Shown: positions 32,018-41,032 of the stretch, piece after piece
Layout: each line of letters opens with the position of its first letter
Position numbering within the stretch: position 1 is the stretch's first letter
Assembly (NCBI GenBank): GCA_963766735.1
Contig: CAVYBU010000007.1
Span: forward strand, 389,742 to 453,741
DNA from: an uncultured Chloroflexia bacterium
GTDB taxonomy: Bacteria; Chloroflexota; Limnocylindria; Limnocylindrales; CSP1-4
Direction of reading: 5' to 3'
Length of the DNA stretch: 64,000 nt
Notes under the pieces: model-generated
Databases searched by the model: none
Told to the model about the DNA's origin: nothing
Seen by the model: only the letters and a program-made list of their open reading frames with translations
Translations under genes and position numbers: made by a program

Positions 32018-33014
32018 TTTCCGCGCCGCCGCCGCCCGTCGACTCTCCGAGGAGCGGGAGCTTCCGCCTGCAATCGTGAGCCTCCTGTCACCGGACATGA
32101 ACCGCCGCTCGACCGGCGTCAAGGTGATCGAGGTTGATCACATCGACTCCAATCCGGAGCAGCCACGCCTCGCCTTCGACGAGGCGACCCTCGAGGAGCT
32201 GGCAGCCTCGATCCGCGAGCATGGCGTCCTCCAGCCGATCCTCGTCCGACCGCGGGACAACGGCCGCTACCAGTTGATCGCCGGGGAACGCCGCTGGCGC
32301 GCCTCGCGGATCGCCGGCATGGCCACGATCCCCGCCCTGGTCGAGGACATCGACGACGACACCGCCCTCGAGATCTCGATCATCGAGAACCTCCAGCGGG
32401 AAGACATCTCCGTCCTCGACGAGGCCGCGATGTACGACCGGATGATCCGGGACCACGGTTACAGCATTCGCAAGCTCGCGGACAAGCTGGGCAAGGACAA
32501 GGGCTATCTCGAGAACCGGCTCCGGCTGGCTGACGCGCCGCCCGAGGTTCGGGAGCTCGTGTCTTTGCGCAAGGACACCCTGTCGCACGCCTACGAGCTC
32601 ATGAAGGTCACCGACCCCCGGAAGCGCAGGAAGCTCGCCGATCAGGTCGCCCGCAACGAGCTCTCGCTGGTGAAGCTGCGCGAACGCATCGAGGGCCGGC
32701 GAGCCCGGGTCGCCAGCGCTGAGGAGCCGCAGGAGACCGGGATCGAGGCCGCCGCATCGCGTGTGGACGATGAGACGGCCGACTGGTCGGAGCATCGAGG
32801 CGCGGCCGAGCCGATCCGTGACGACAGCCTCGTGGCCGCCAAGCAGCAGCTCAACGAGGCGGTGGAGGATCTCCTGGACGTCATCCGGAACCCGGACGTC
32901 CTGGACGCCATCGGCGCTGTCGACCGCACCAACCTGGCCAAGTACCTGACGATCGCCAAGCTCCGGCTTGAGAACGCGATCGCGGTGATCCGCTCCGGGG
33001 ACACGGACCGCTAG
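32004..33014 (+). CDS. parB: chromosome partitioning protein ParB
   Basis: ParB N-terminal box (GERRWRAS) and HTH (YSIRKLADKLGKDKGYLENRLRL). Overlaps parA by 14 nt. Confidence 0.85.
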   Translation: MARTDFRAAAARRLSEERELPPAIVSLLSPDMNRRSTGVKVIEVDHIDSNPEQPRLAFDEATLEELAASIREHGVLQPILVRPRDNGRYQLIAGERRWRASRIAGMATIPALVEDIDDDTALEISIIENLQREDISVLDEAAMYDRMIRDHGYSIRKLADKLGKDKGYLENRLRLADAPPEVRELVSLRKDTLSHAYELMKVTDPRKRRKLADQVARNELSLVKLRERIEGRRARVASAEEPQETGIEAAASRVDDETADWSEHRGAAEPIRDDSLVAAKQQLNEAVEDLLDVIRNPDVLDAIGAVDRTNLAKYLTIAKLRLENAIAVIRSGDTDR

Positions 33015-33072
33015 GTTCTCCCCGCCCCGTCCAGCAACCGCGAAGCCGGCGCCATTGGCGCCGGCTTCGTCG

Positions 33073-33705
33073 TCACCGGGTGAGTTGCCCCCGTCGGGGC
33101 ACCGGGATCAGCGGGATGCCTTGCCGTGGGCGGCCCGGGCGGCGGCGCCCTTCGCCTTGCCCTCTGCAGACTTGCCTGCGGCCTTTGCGGCCTTCTCCGC
33201 AGCCTTTGCGGCCTTGTCGGCGGCCTTGTCGGCGGCCTTGTGCGGCCTTCGGGTTGGCAGCGCCACAGAACTCCGGCGTGACGGTCTCCCAGTCAAAGCC
33301 GACGACGCTCACGTCCAGGTGAGCAACGCACGAGACGAAGGCGCCGTGATTGGCAAAGCCCACTGGCGTCGCCATCCGGGCGGCAGTCGACACGAGGGCG
33401 CCGTGGGTGTCCTTCGGTTCCGTGCTCGCGGTCTCGTCCGCCTCGGGCGCCTTGGGAGCCTCGCTCGGCTCGGCGGTCTCGGTCGCCTCCGGGGTCTCGG
33501 TCGGCTCGGCGGTCTCGGTCGCCTCCGGGGTCTCGGTCGGCTCGGCGGTCTCGGTCGCCTCCGGGGTCTCGGTCGCCTCCGCGGCGATCTGGGTCGGCGA
33601 CGAGACGCGGGCCTGGGGGGCGGCCGCGAAGGCGACCGTGGCGGAGATGGCCAGCACCGCGAGGGCGACGGCAAGGCTGCGGGAGCGGCGGAGAAGATCA
33701 GTCAT
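33073..33705 (-). CDS. secreted repeat protein (signal peptide, ETPEATETAEPT x3 repeats); C-terminus probably frameshifted
   Basis: Signal peptide MTDLLRRSRSLAVALAVLAISATVAFAAAP. 36-nt tandem DNA repeats at 33478-33590. An alternative frame at 33108-33250 gives an (AKAAD/AKAAE)n tail with better codon usage. Confidence 0.5.
   Translation of the reverse strand: MTDLLRRSRSLAVALAVLAISATVAFAAAPQARVSSPTQIAAEATETPEATETAEPTETPEATETAEPTETPEATETAEPSEAPKAPEADETASTEPKDTHGALVSTAARMATPVGFANHGAFVSCVAHLDVSVVGFDWETVTPEFCGAANPKAAQGRRQGRRQGRKGCGEGRKGRRQVCRGQGEGRRRPGRPRQGIPLIPVPRRGQLTR
33478..33590 (-). repeat. three tandem 36-nt repeats inside CDS
   Basis: ggtctcggtcggctcggcggtctcggtcgcctccgg repeated three times. 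Confidence 0.8.
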
Positions 33706-33854
33706 GGGCGCGAGAACCTCGGCTTGTGGGACGGTTGCATAGAGGGTAACGGGCACGGACGGGGGTCTGTTAGGGGTACTTCCGGTCCCGGTGCACCCTA
33801 CCCTGGGGATTGCCTACAGGCACCACTCCTGATGACCCGGACGGCAAAAAGGTT

Positions 33855-34829
33855 TCAGGCCCCCAGCGGCGTGCCGGCGGAGGCGCTCAGGGCGCCCAGC
33901 CAGGCAACGGCCAGGAGCCCGGTCCCGACGGCCTGGATCTCCCACGCCAGCTCGCGCCAGGCAGTCCCCTCGCGGAGTGCGGCGACCCGCCCGAAGATCG
34001 CCCCACCGAGGGGCACGGCCGCTGCCACGACGACCGCACCAACCCACCCCGTGGGCGCGCCAAGAGCGACCGCGGTGGCCAGAGCCAGCAGGACCACGAC
34101 CGTGTGCAACACGATCACGAGCCCGGCGGCGCGACGCGCCCCCAGGGTCAGCGCGATCGACTCGATCCCCGCCGCCTCGTCGCGCTCCATGTCCACGATC
34201 GCGTTCGCGATCGCCAGGGCGGTCCCGGCGTTGGCAGCGGCCGGGATGATCACCAGGAACACGCCGGGCAGCTCGCCGGTTGCCCCGTACCAGCCATATA
34301 TCGGCAGCAGGGGGATCCCCACGGCCAGCGGCAGCCAGGACAGCGTGGTGCCCTTTGCCCGCAGGTCGTACCAGGCACCGATCGCGAGCACCACGCCCGC
34401 GACGGCGACGAGCGCCGGGCCGCCGGTGAGCGCGAGCGCCAGGCCCGAGGCAGCGGTCCCAGCGGCGACGATTCGGGCCGATCGAAGACTCACCAGGCCG
34501 GCGGGGATCGGCTTGCCCAGCCTCACGCCGGCGTCACGGGGCGCATCGACGATGTCGTTCAGGGTGCCGATCGAGAACTGGAGCAGCGTCATCGACGCCC
34601 CAAGCACGATGGCCGTCGAGGGCCCTCCCCCGCCGACCATCGCGACCAGGGCGACCACCAGCCCATCGAGGACGGCCGGGAACGGATGGACGAGCCGGGC
34701 GGCCCTCGTGACCCGGGACAGCGGAGTGTGAGGCGTCGGGACCGCCGATCGATCGGGGTCCAGCGTCGCCGTCAGGCCGGGGTCCGCACCCTCGGCGCCG
34801 TCGTCGTCAGACGTAGACGATCTCGTCAT
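33855..34829 (-). CDS. UbiA-family aromatic/polyprenyl prenyltransferase
   Basis: Polytopic membrane protein with an NDIVDAPRD (NDxxDxxxD) motif. The true start may be downstream of 34829. Confidence 0.7.
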   Translation of the reverse strand: MTRSSTSDDDGAEGADPGLTATLDPDRSAVPTPHTPLSRVTRAARLVHPFPAVLDGLVVALVAMVGGGGPSTAIVLGASMTLLQFSIGTLNDIVDAPRDAGVRLGKPIPAGLVSLRSARIVAAGTAASGLALALTGGPALVAVAGVVLAIGAWYDLRAKGTTLSWLPLAVGIPLLPIYGWYGATGELPGVFLVIIPAAANAGTALAIANAIVDMERDEAAGIESIALTLGARRAAGLVIVLHTVVVLLALATAVALGAPTGWVGAVVVAAAVPLGGAIFGRVAALREGTAWRELAWEIQAVGTGLLAVAWLGALSASAGTPLGA

Positions 34830-35214
34830 AGCTTGCGATCAGGTACTCGATCAGGCGATCGCGCCCGTCGGGGACCTGGGCGCGAATCCCGGGGACGAGT
34901 GCCCAGAGCGCTACGGCGGGGACCATCAGGCGACCCTGGGCGTCCCTGCCGACGGTCGCCGGCGGGCCACCCCCAGAAGCGAACACCCGTTCGAATTCCT
35001 GCTCCGTGAGGCCGGCGGCGCGGCGGAAGTCCGCCACTACGCGTACGACGCCCCGGCGGATGGCGGTGTCGCGCATCATCTCGGCCGCCCAGGTGTCGAT
35101 CTGGGCGTCGGTCTGCTCCGCAAGGCGGGCGCGGTATTCGTTCGTGTCGGCTGAGAGGCCGGTGGCTCCCACGGGTTCTCCACAGAGGTTCGGTGATCGT
35201 TCGCAGGATGCCAC
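34807..35214 (-). CDS. hypothetical protein (134 aa), GTG start
   Basis: Well-composed ORF, in a different frame from the upstream acyltransferase, that overlaps its low-complexity tail. A TGA lies immediately upstream in this frame. Confidence 0.4.
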   Translation of the reverse strand: MASCERSPNLCGEPVGATGLSADTNEYRARLAEQTDAQIDTWAAEMMRDTAIRRGVVRVVADFRRAAGLTEQEFERVFASGGGPPATVGRDAQGRLMVPAVALWALVPGIRAQVPDGRDRLIEYLIASYDEIVYV

Positions 35215-36004
35215 ACCCGGAGGTCAGCCGGCGCCGTCTCCCGTCACCTGTCGCCCGCCTCCGGGCGGCGGCGGCGCCGTCGCCATCGCCCAGGGCTGGT
35301 CGGGCACCTTCGGACCAGTCGTTGAACAGCTCGGTCAGCCAGCGCCCGACGGGCCCGGGCGCGGGACGATCCGGGAAGTCCGCCGTCATCGCCAGCAGGG
35401 CACGTTCCGTGCGGGCCGTGAGCGCTGCGATGGCCTCCCGCGTCGGGCGGCCGCCGGCGTCAAGGGGCTCGCCAACGCGGACGCGGACGCGACGACGGAA
35501 CCCGAGCCAGCTGGTGCCGTTGATCGCGAGCGGGATGATCGGTACGCCGGATCGGAGCGCAAAGTAGGCCGTCCCATCCGCCAGCGGAAGCAGCTCATGC
35601 TCGCCACGGTGGATCCTCCCCTCCCCTGCGATCAGGATCACCCACCCATCGTCCAGGACCCGGCCGACGCGGCGGGTGGTCTCGATGAGATCGCTCTTCT
35701 CGGGCCGGTACGGGATGCCGAACCCCGCCCAGGAGATGAGGCGGTTCCTTGCGCCAACCGTCATGTCCGCCTCCTTGGGGCCGAACATGGCGAGCTTCGG
35801 CTCTGCCGGCATGGCAGCGAGCAGCACGATCGGATCGGTCCAGTTGAGGTGGTTGAAGCAGTAGATGGCCGGGCCCGAGGCAAAGCGCTCCCGCCCCTCG
35901 ACCCGCAACTCGAGGACGAGCCCGACCACGGCCGTGCAGAACCACCGCACGAGACGCACGCGGGCGGGCCGGTGAACCGGGCCGGGACTCAGGGGCTGGA
36001 CCAC
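34826..36004 (-). CDS. 1-acyl-sn-glycerol-3-phosphate acyltransferase family (PlsC-like); last ~150 codons look non-coding
   Basis: CFNHLNWTDP (HX4D) and IAGEGRI motifs in the first ~245 aa. The remainder is Arg/Pro/Gly junk typical of out-of-frame reading. Confidence 0.6.
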   Translation of the reverse strand: MVQPLSPGPVHRPARVRLVRWFCTAVVGLVLELRVEGRERFASGPAIYCFNHLNWTDPIVLLAAMPAEPKLAMFGPKEADMTVGARNRLISWAGFGIPYRPEKSDLIETTRRVGRVLDDGWVILIAGEGRIHRGEHELLPLADGTAYFALRSGVPIIPLAINGTSWLGFRRRVRVRVGEPLDAGGRPTREAIAALTARTERALLAMTADFPDRPAPGPVGRWLTELFNDWSEGARPALGDGDGAAAARRRATGDGRRRRLTSGCGILRTITEPLWRTRGSHRPLSRHERIPRPPCGADRRPDRHLGGRDDARHRHPPGRRTRSGGLPPRRRPHGAGIRTGVRFWGWPAGDRRQGRPGSPDGPRRSALGTRPRDSRPGPRRARSPDRVPDRKL

Positions 36005-36036
36005 GGCGGCAGCATAGACACCCCGTCGCCGCCACG

Positions 36037-36756
36037 TCAGGGCCGAACGATCCTCGCCGCGGGCCCCGGATCAAGGTCCGAGATCCGGCCCAGCACGAGG
36101 TCCGCCAGCTCCACGGCACCGCGCGCCGGCGGGACGCTGGCGTTCGGCACCAGGGCGACCGTCATGCCGGCGGACTTGCCGGCGCGGACGCCGTTGACGG
36201 AGTCCTCGATCACGAGGCAGCGGCCCGGATCGACGCCCAGGCGCGCCGCGGCGAGCAGGTAGACGGCCGGATCCGGTTTGCCGGCTGCCACGTCGTCGGA
36301 GGAGACGATCTCGTCCAGGATGTCGCGCAGGCCCAGGGCGTCAACCGCGGCCTCGATCACCGCCCGGTGGGCCGACGACGCGATCGCAACGGGGTGGGTC
36401 TCGGCAACCCGACGCACCGTGTCGGCGGCTCCCGGGATGACCGGCAGCACGTCGGAGGTTCGGTACTTCTCCACGACGCCGGCGACGATCGCGTCCTGGA
36501 TCGAGTCCTGGTCGAGATGTCCGAGATCCAGCCGCTCCCGCATGACCGCGGCCCACTCGCGCGAGTTCCCGCCCATGACAGCGTGCTGGTCATCCGGGCC
36601 CCACGGGCGATCGTTCTCGCGTGCGAAGCGGACCCGCACCTCGTCCCACCAGGGCTCGGTGTCAACGAGGACCCCATCCAGGTCGAACAGGACGGCATCA
36701 AACCACGGGGCGCCGCGTTGGGCACCGCGCTCCGCAGTTGGCTCGTTGTGGCGCAT
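36037..36756 (-). CDS. HAD-superfamily hydrolase (beta-phosphoglucomutase-like phosphatase)
   Basis: DLDGVLVDTE motif I and a DSVNGVRAGKSAGM motif IV region. ATG 36756 with AGGAGA RBS. Confidence 0.7.
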   Translation of the reverse strand: MRHNEPTAERGAQRGAPWFDAVLFDLDGVLVDTEPWWDEVRVRFARENDRPWGPDDQHAVMGGNSREWAAVMRERLDLGHLDQDSIQDAIVAGVVEKYRTSDVLPVIPGAADTVRRVAETHPVAIASSAHRAVIEAAVDALGLRDILDEIVSSDDVAAGKPDPAVYLLAAARLGVDPGRCLVIEDSVNGVRAGKSAGMTVALVPNASVPPARGAVELADLVLGRISDLDPGPAARIVRP

Positions 36757-36954
36757 CGATTCTCCTGGTGAAGGCGCGACTCGACACGCCTCCCGGTCCG
36801 CCAAGGCTAGCGTGTCCGCGGTTCCGGACACGAGGACACGATGAGCCGTCCCTGGGGGCCGCTCGGAGGTTGGACAGGTGACGTCCGTCCTGTCGCTCGA
36901 CAGCCGATTGCGCCATCATGGTCTCGCGGCTCCGGTGGCCGCGGAGGTGAGGCC

Positions 36955-37947
36955 ATGCACGTCAATCGCGGACTCCTGGGGTGGGGCGTCTTCTTCATCA
37001 CGCTGGGTTGCGTGCCGCTTGCCGTCCGGGCGGGCTACGTCGACGCGGATGCCGTCGCACGGGCGTGGCAGCTGTGGCCTCTGATCCTCATCGGGATCGG
37101 CCTGGGCCTGCTGCTTCAACGGACGAAGGCAGCCGTGATCGGCGGGCTGGTGGTGGCCGTCACGTTCGGGTTGATGGCCGGCGGGCTCCTGGCCGGAGGC
37201 GTGCCGTCGATGGGCGGGATGACATCGTGCGGGTTCGGGCCGGCCGCCGACAACGGGTCTGCGTTCCCGACGCAGGACGGGTCCTTCGGCCAGGAGGCGA
37301 AGGTGGAGCTGGACCTCAACTGCGGCGAGCTCGCCCTGGTCAGCGCCGACGGCACGGGCTGGACGGTGGCCGGGACGAGCGACGGCGGGCGGCCGCCGGA
37401 GATCCAGGCCTCGGAGGCTCGCCTCACCGTGCGCGCCCCGGACCAGCCCGGTGTTGCCCTAGGGGTCCGAGGGTCGCGCTGGGACATCACGCTGCCGCGG
37501 CAGACGAGCCTGCGGCTCGCAGTGTCCGTCAACGCCGGGTCGGCCAATCTGGACCTGACCGGGATGCGCGTGCCCAGCCTGGATGTCTCGGTCAACGCGG
37601 GTGACGCGACGGTCGACGCCTCGGGGCTGGTCGAGGCGGCATCGGTCAGCGCCGGCGCCAACGCCGGCTCCCTGACGATCTCGCTGCCGGTGCCGAGCAC
37701 GAACCTGCAGGGTGACCTTTCGGTGAACGTGGGCTCGATCGAGGTCTGCGTGCCCGACGGCGTAGGCCTCCGGATCCGCGCGGGCGAGGATGCCATCGGA
37801 TCGAACAACTTCGGCGACCGAGGGATGGTCCGGGTCGGTGACACCTGGGCGCGTCCGGGCTACGAAGCTGCGACCGCGCACATCGACCTGACCGCCAGTG
37901 CAAACCTTGGCAGCATCACCCTGAACCCGGAGTCCGGCTGTGAATGA
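36955..37947 (+). CDS. LiaF-like / DUF4097 (toastrack) membrane protein
   Basis: N-terminal transmembrane helices, then a repeated beta-strand domain (LDLTG...VSVNAGDATVDASG...). RBS GGAGGTGA. Confidence 0.6.
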   Translation: MHVNRGLLGWGVFFITLGCVPLAVRAGYVDADAVARAWQLWPLILIGIGLGLLLQRTKAAVIGGLVVAVTFGLMAGGLLAGGVPSMGGMTSCGFGPAADNGSAFPTQDGSFGQEAKVELDLNCGELALVSADGTGWTVAGTSDGGRPPEIQASEARLTVRAPDQPGVALGVRGSRWDITLPRQTSLRLAVSVNAGSANLDLTGMRVPSLDVSVNAGDATVDASGLVEAASVSAGANAGSLTISLPVPSTNLQGDLSVNVGSIEVCVPDGVGLRIRAGEDAIGSNNFGDRGMVRVGDTWARPGYEAATAHIDLTASANLGSITLNPESGCE

Positions 37948-38479
37948 ACGTCTCTACCGCTCCCCGTCCGACCGCATGATCGCGGGAGTTGCGGGTGGCC
38001 TGGCGATCTGGCTCAACATCGACCCGTCGCTGGTCCGCATCGCCTGGGTTCTCCTCGCCGTCTTCTCGGGCGGCATCTTCGCGCTGGTCTACTTCGTGAT
38101 GATGATCGTGGTACCGCTGGCGCCGCCCGGATGGGTGCCGAGGCCGAGGGACGCCGGGGTCTGGCCTCCCCCGCCGGGTACCGAGCCTGGGGATGGCCGG
38201 GCGCCGGCCAGCGGACCGGGACCGGGACCTGCGCAGGATCCCGGAACCACGGGCGGCTGGGCCACGCCGCCGCCGGCCTGGCCCACACCGCCGCGGGACT
38301 GGTCCGCCCAGCGGGCTGCCGGGAATGCCGGACTTGTCGCCGGCGGGGTGCTGGTGCTGGTGGGCCTCTGGTTCCTCGTCGATGAGTACGTCCGCATCGA
38401 CTGGAGCCTGATCTGGCCGGTGGCGATCATCGCCGTGGGCTGCCTGCTCATCGTCGGCGCGGTCCGTCGGAGCCGGTGA
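37940..38479 (+). CDS. PspC-domain membrane protein
   Basis: LYRSPSDRMIAGVAGGLAIWLNIDPSLVRIAWVLLA PspC domain, Pro-rich linker, second transmembrane helix. Overlaps the previous gene by 8 nt. Confidence 0.7.
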   Translation: MNERLYRSPSDRMIAGVAGGLAIWLNIDPSLVRIAWVLLAVFSGGIFALVYFVMMIVVPLAPPGWVPRPRDAGVWPPPPGTEPGDGRAPASGPGPGPAQDPGTTGGWATPPPAWPTPPRDWSAQRAAGNAGLVAGGVLVLVGLWFLVDEYVRIDWSLIWPVAIIAVGCLLIVGAVRRSR

Positions 38480-39543
38480 CCGAGAGCACGGCAGTCGTCA
38501 TCGCGCTGGCCGCCCTTGGCATCGCCAGCGGCCTGACCCTCCTCGGCCGAGGGCTGGCCGGATACAGGTCCAGCGCCCGGATCGCAGACACGGCGACGTC
38601 CCGGATCTCGTCCCTGGCCGCTGGCGAGGTGCGCGTCACCGGCACCATCGAACCGGCCGAGGTCACCCTGATCTCACCACTCCAGTCGCGGACGTGCGTC
38701 TGGTATCGCTCGAGCATTCACGTCAGTGGCGACGACACCCCCGACGAGATGGACGAGGAGCGCGGGATCGGGTTCCGCGTCCGTGACACCACGGGCAGCA
38801 TCCGGGTCTTCCCCCGCGGCGCGCGGCTCGACGTCGCGGACCGCTTCGACGAAGGCGACAGCAGCTTCGGCGACCCACCGGTGGGGCTGGAGCTGCGCGA
38901 GGGGTCGCCGCATGCCGCAACGACCTACGTGGACCGCGAGACGGCGATCGCCGAGCTGCTCACGGTTCGGCAGCCGGAGCCGGCGTTCGGCCGCGGGCTG
39001 CCGAGCATGGGACGCGACAACGGGAGCCGACGGTATCGCGAAGCGCGCCTGGAGCCAGGTGACGTCGTCACCATCGTGGGGACCGCGCTGCCGTTCGGTC
39101 ACCTGGAGGATCCTGATGGCGCCGACCGGCTGGACCGGTTCGGGGACCCGCTGGCGGCCCTTGACGACCCCGTGCTGGCCGGGGAGATTGCCGCCGCCCG
39201 CGCCGCCGGCACGCTGCTCACGCCCGAAGAGGCGTGGGGGAACGCGGCGATCGAGGGGTTCGGGATCGGGCGGCCCGTGCGGGCGCCGGAGCTGGACCCC
39301 GGCGTTGCGGCGCCGGTCCTCGCCACGGCCGCGGAAGCCGCACACTTCGAGCGGACATTCGACCTTGAGCCGGATCTTCTGGTGCTGGCGGCGGGGCCGG
39401 ACGCGCCGCTGGCGATCGCTGCCGGGACGCCGACTGACGCCGTGGCGCGTGAGCAGGGGCGGTTCCTGTTGGGGCTCCTGGGCGCGGTGATCGCGATCGG
39501 GTCCGCGATCCTGGGGGCCGTCGCGCTGTCCTCGCTGGCGTGA
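38476..39543 (+). CDS. LemA-associated membrane protein, possible GIDE-like domain
   Basis: N- and C-terminal transmembrane helices. Central region GEVRVTGTIEP...ISPLQSRTCVWYRS. Overlaps the PspC gene by 4 nt. Confidence 0.45.
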   Translation: MTESTAVVIALAALGIASGLTLLGRGLAGYRSSARIADTATSRISSLAAGEVRVTGTIEPAEVTLISPLQSRTCVWYRSSIHVSGDDTPDEMDEERGIGFRVRDTTGSIRVFPRGARLDVADRFDEGDSSFGDPPVGLELREGSPHAATTYVDRETAIAELLTVRQPEPAFGRGLPSMGRDNGSRRYREARLEPGDVVTIVGTALPFGHLEDPDGADRLDRFGDPLAALDDPVLAGEIAAARAAGTLLTPEEAWGNAAIEGFGIGRPVRAPELDPGVAAPVLATAAEAAHFERTFDLEPDLLVLAAGPDAPLAIAAGTPTDAVAREQGRFLLGLLGAVIAIGSAILGAVALSSLA

Positions 39544-39616
39544 GACGCAGAGGCGGGCTCCACCGGGCGGCAGCTGGCGTGCGCGGCCGGGCCGGTTGGC
39601 CGATGATGGCGCCACG

Positions 39617-40192
39617 ATGACCCCCAGCACTGCCGCCGCCCTGTTTGCCCTCGCAGTGGTCGCCGTCGTTGTCGGCTTCCTCGTCATCGCGACCTACAAC
39701 GCCATCGTCGCCGCGAAGATCCGCATCGCAAGGGCGTGGGCCAACATCGACGTCGCGCTCAAGCAGCGCCACGACCAGCTCCCGAACCTCGTGCAGGCCG
39801 TCCGCGGCATCATGGAGCTCGAGCAGGACGTCCTGGAACGGGTCGCCGAGCTGCGAGCTGCCTACTCCGACCGGGATCCCATCCCCCGCCAGGCCGCGAC
39901 GAGCGAGGCAACGAGCGCCGCCGTGCGCCAGCTGTTCGCCGTGGTCGAGAACTACCCGGAGCTGAGATCGGCCGACAACGTGCGCGCGCTCCAGGAGGAG
40001 ATCAGCCGCCTGGAGGACGTCATCGGCGACCGGCGGGAGCTCTACAACAACCAGGTCTACCTCTACAACGCACGGATCGCTCAGGTTCCCGCGAACCTGG
40101 TGGCGGGGCTGTTCGGCTGGACGCCGGCGCCGTTCTTCAAGACCGACGAGGAGGAGCGGGCGAGACCGGAGGTCGAGCTCGGCAGGGCCTGA
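39617..40192 (+). CDS. LemA family protein
   Basis: N-terminal transmembrane helix plus LemA signature (NYPELRSADNVRALQEE...LYNARIAQVP). Start ATG 39617 or TTG 39596. Confidence 0.75.
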   Translation: MTPSTAAALFALAVVAVVVGFLVIATYNAIVAAKIRIARAWANIDVALKQRHDQLPNLVQAVRGIMELEQDVLERVAELRAAYSDRDPIPRQAATSEATSAAVRQLFAVVENYPELRSADNVRALQEEISRLEDVIGDRRELYNNQVYLYNARIAQVPANLVAGLFGWTPAPFFKTDEEERARPEVELGRA

Positions 40193-40357
40193 CGGGGACG
40201 CGTGGCCGGGACCGCCGCCGCCGTCGTCGGGAGCCCCGTTGCGGCGTGTCCCGCTGTCTGGCGAGCCCCTGTTGTCTGGCGCGCCGTACCCGCGCACCGC
40301 CCCGTCACCGGTGCGTCACGAATCGGGCCTAGACTGCGGGAACACGACGGAGGTCCC

Positions 40358-41011
40358 ATGCAGTTCCTGTTCAACAAGCCGTCCATGCCCGACGCCGGCG
40401 ACGCCCTGCCCGGCCGTCCGGAGCCGCTGGAGGTTCCGGGCCACCACTTCGTCAGCGGCCGTCCGCTCGCCGGGCCCTACCCCGAGGGCCTCGCGATCGC
40501 CGACTTCGCCATGGGCTGCTACTGGGGCGCCGAGAAGAAGTTCTGGTCGATCCCCGGCGTCTGGGTGACGGCGGTCGGCTTCCAGGGCGGCGAGACGCCC
40601 AACCCGACCTACCCCGAGTCCTGCACCGGACATACCGGCCACGCCGAGGTGGTCCGGATCGTGTTCGACCCCGCCGTCGTTTCGTACGAGCGGCTGCTCA
40701 AGGTGTTCTGGGAGTCGCACGACCCAACGCAGGGCATGCGCCAGGGGAACGACGTGGGCACGCAGTACCGGTCCGCGATCTTCGCCCACGGCGAGGCGCA
40801 GCTGGCGGCCGCGAATGCGTCCCGCGATGCCTACGCGGCCGAGCTGACGAAGGCGGGCTACGGGGCGATCACCACGGAGATTCGGCCGGCCCCCGAGTTC
40901 TTCTTCGCCGAGGATTACCACCAGCAGTACCTGGCCAGGAATCCCGATGGCTACGACTGCCACACGGCGACCGGCGTCGCCTGCCCGATCGGGCTCGAGG
41001 TCGAGGCGTAG
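40358..41011 (+). CDS. msrA: peptide methionine sulfoxide reductase A
   Basis: [10 protein letters not shown] active-site motif. RBS GGAGG. Confidence 0.9.
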   Translation: MQFLFNKPSMPDAGDALPGRPEPLEVPGHHFVSGRPLAGPYPEGLAIADFAMGCYWGAEKKFWSIPGVWVTAVGFQGGETPNPTYPESCTGHTGHAEVVRIVFDPAVVSYERLLKVFWESHDPTQGMRQGNDVGTQYRSAIFAHGEAQLAAANASRDAYAAELTKAGYGAITTEIRPAPEFFFAEDYHQQYLARNPDGYDCHTATGVACPIGLEVEA

Positions 41012-41032
41012 ACCGCCAGGCGGTTCGAGGAC

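Noticed and set aside
33055-34731. 558-aa plus-strand ORF and 33810-35009 ORF
   Set aside because: Antisense to the secreted repeat protein and the UbiA prenyltransferase. Low-complexity translation.
40990-41032. Possible hairpin GACCGCCAGGCGGTTC after msrA as an intrinsic terminator
   Set aside because: Stem is imperfect and no U-tract follows. Cannot be supported.
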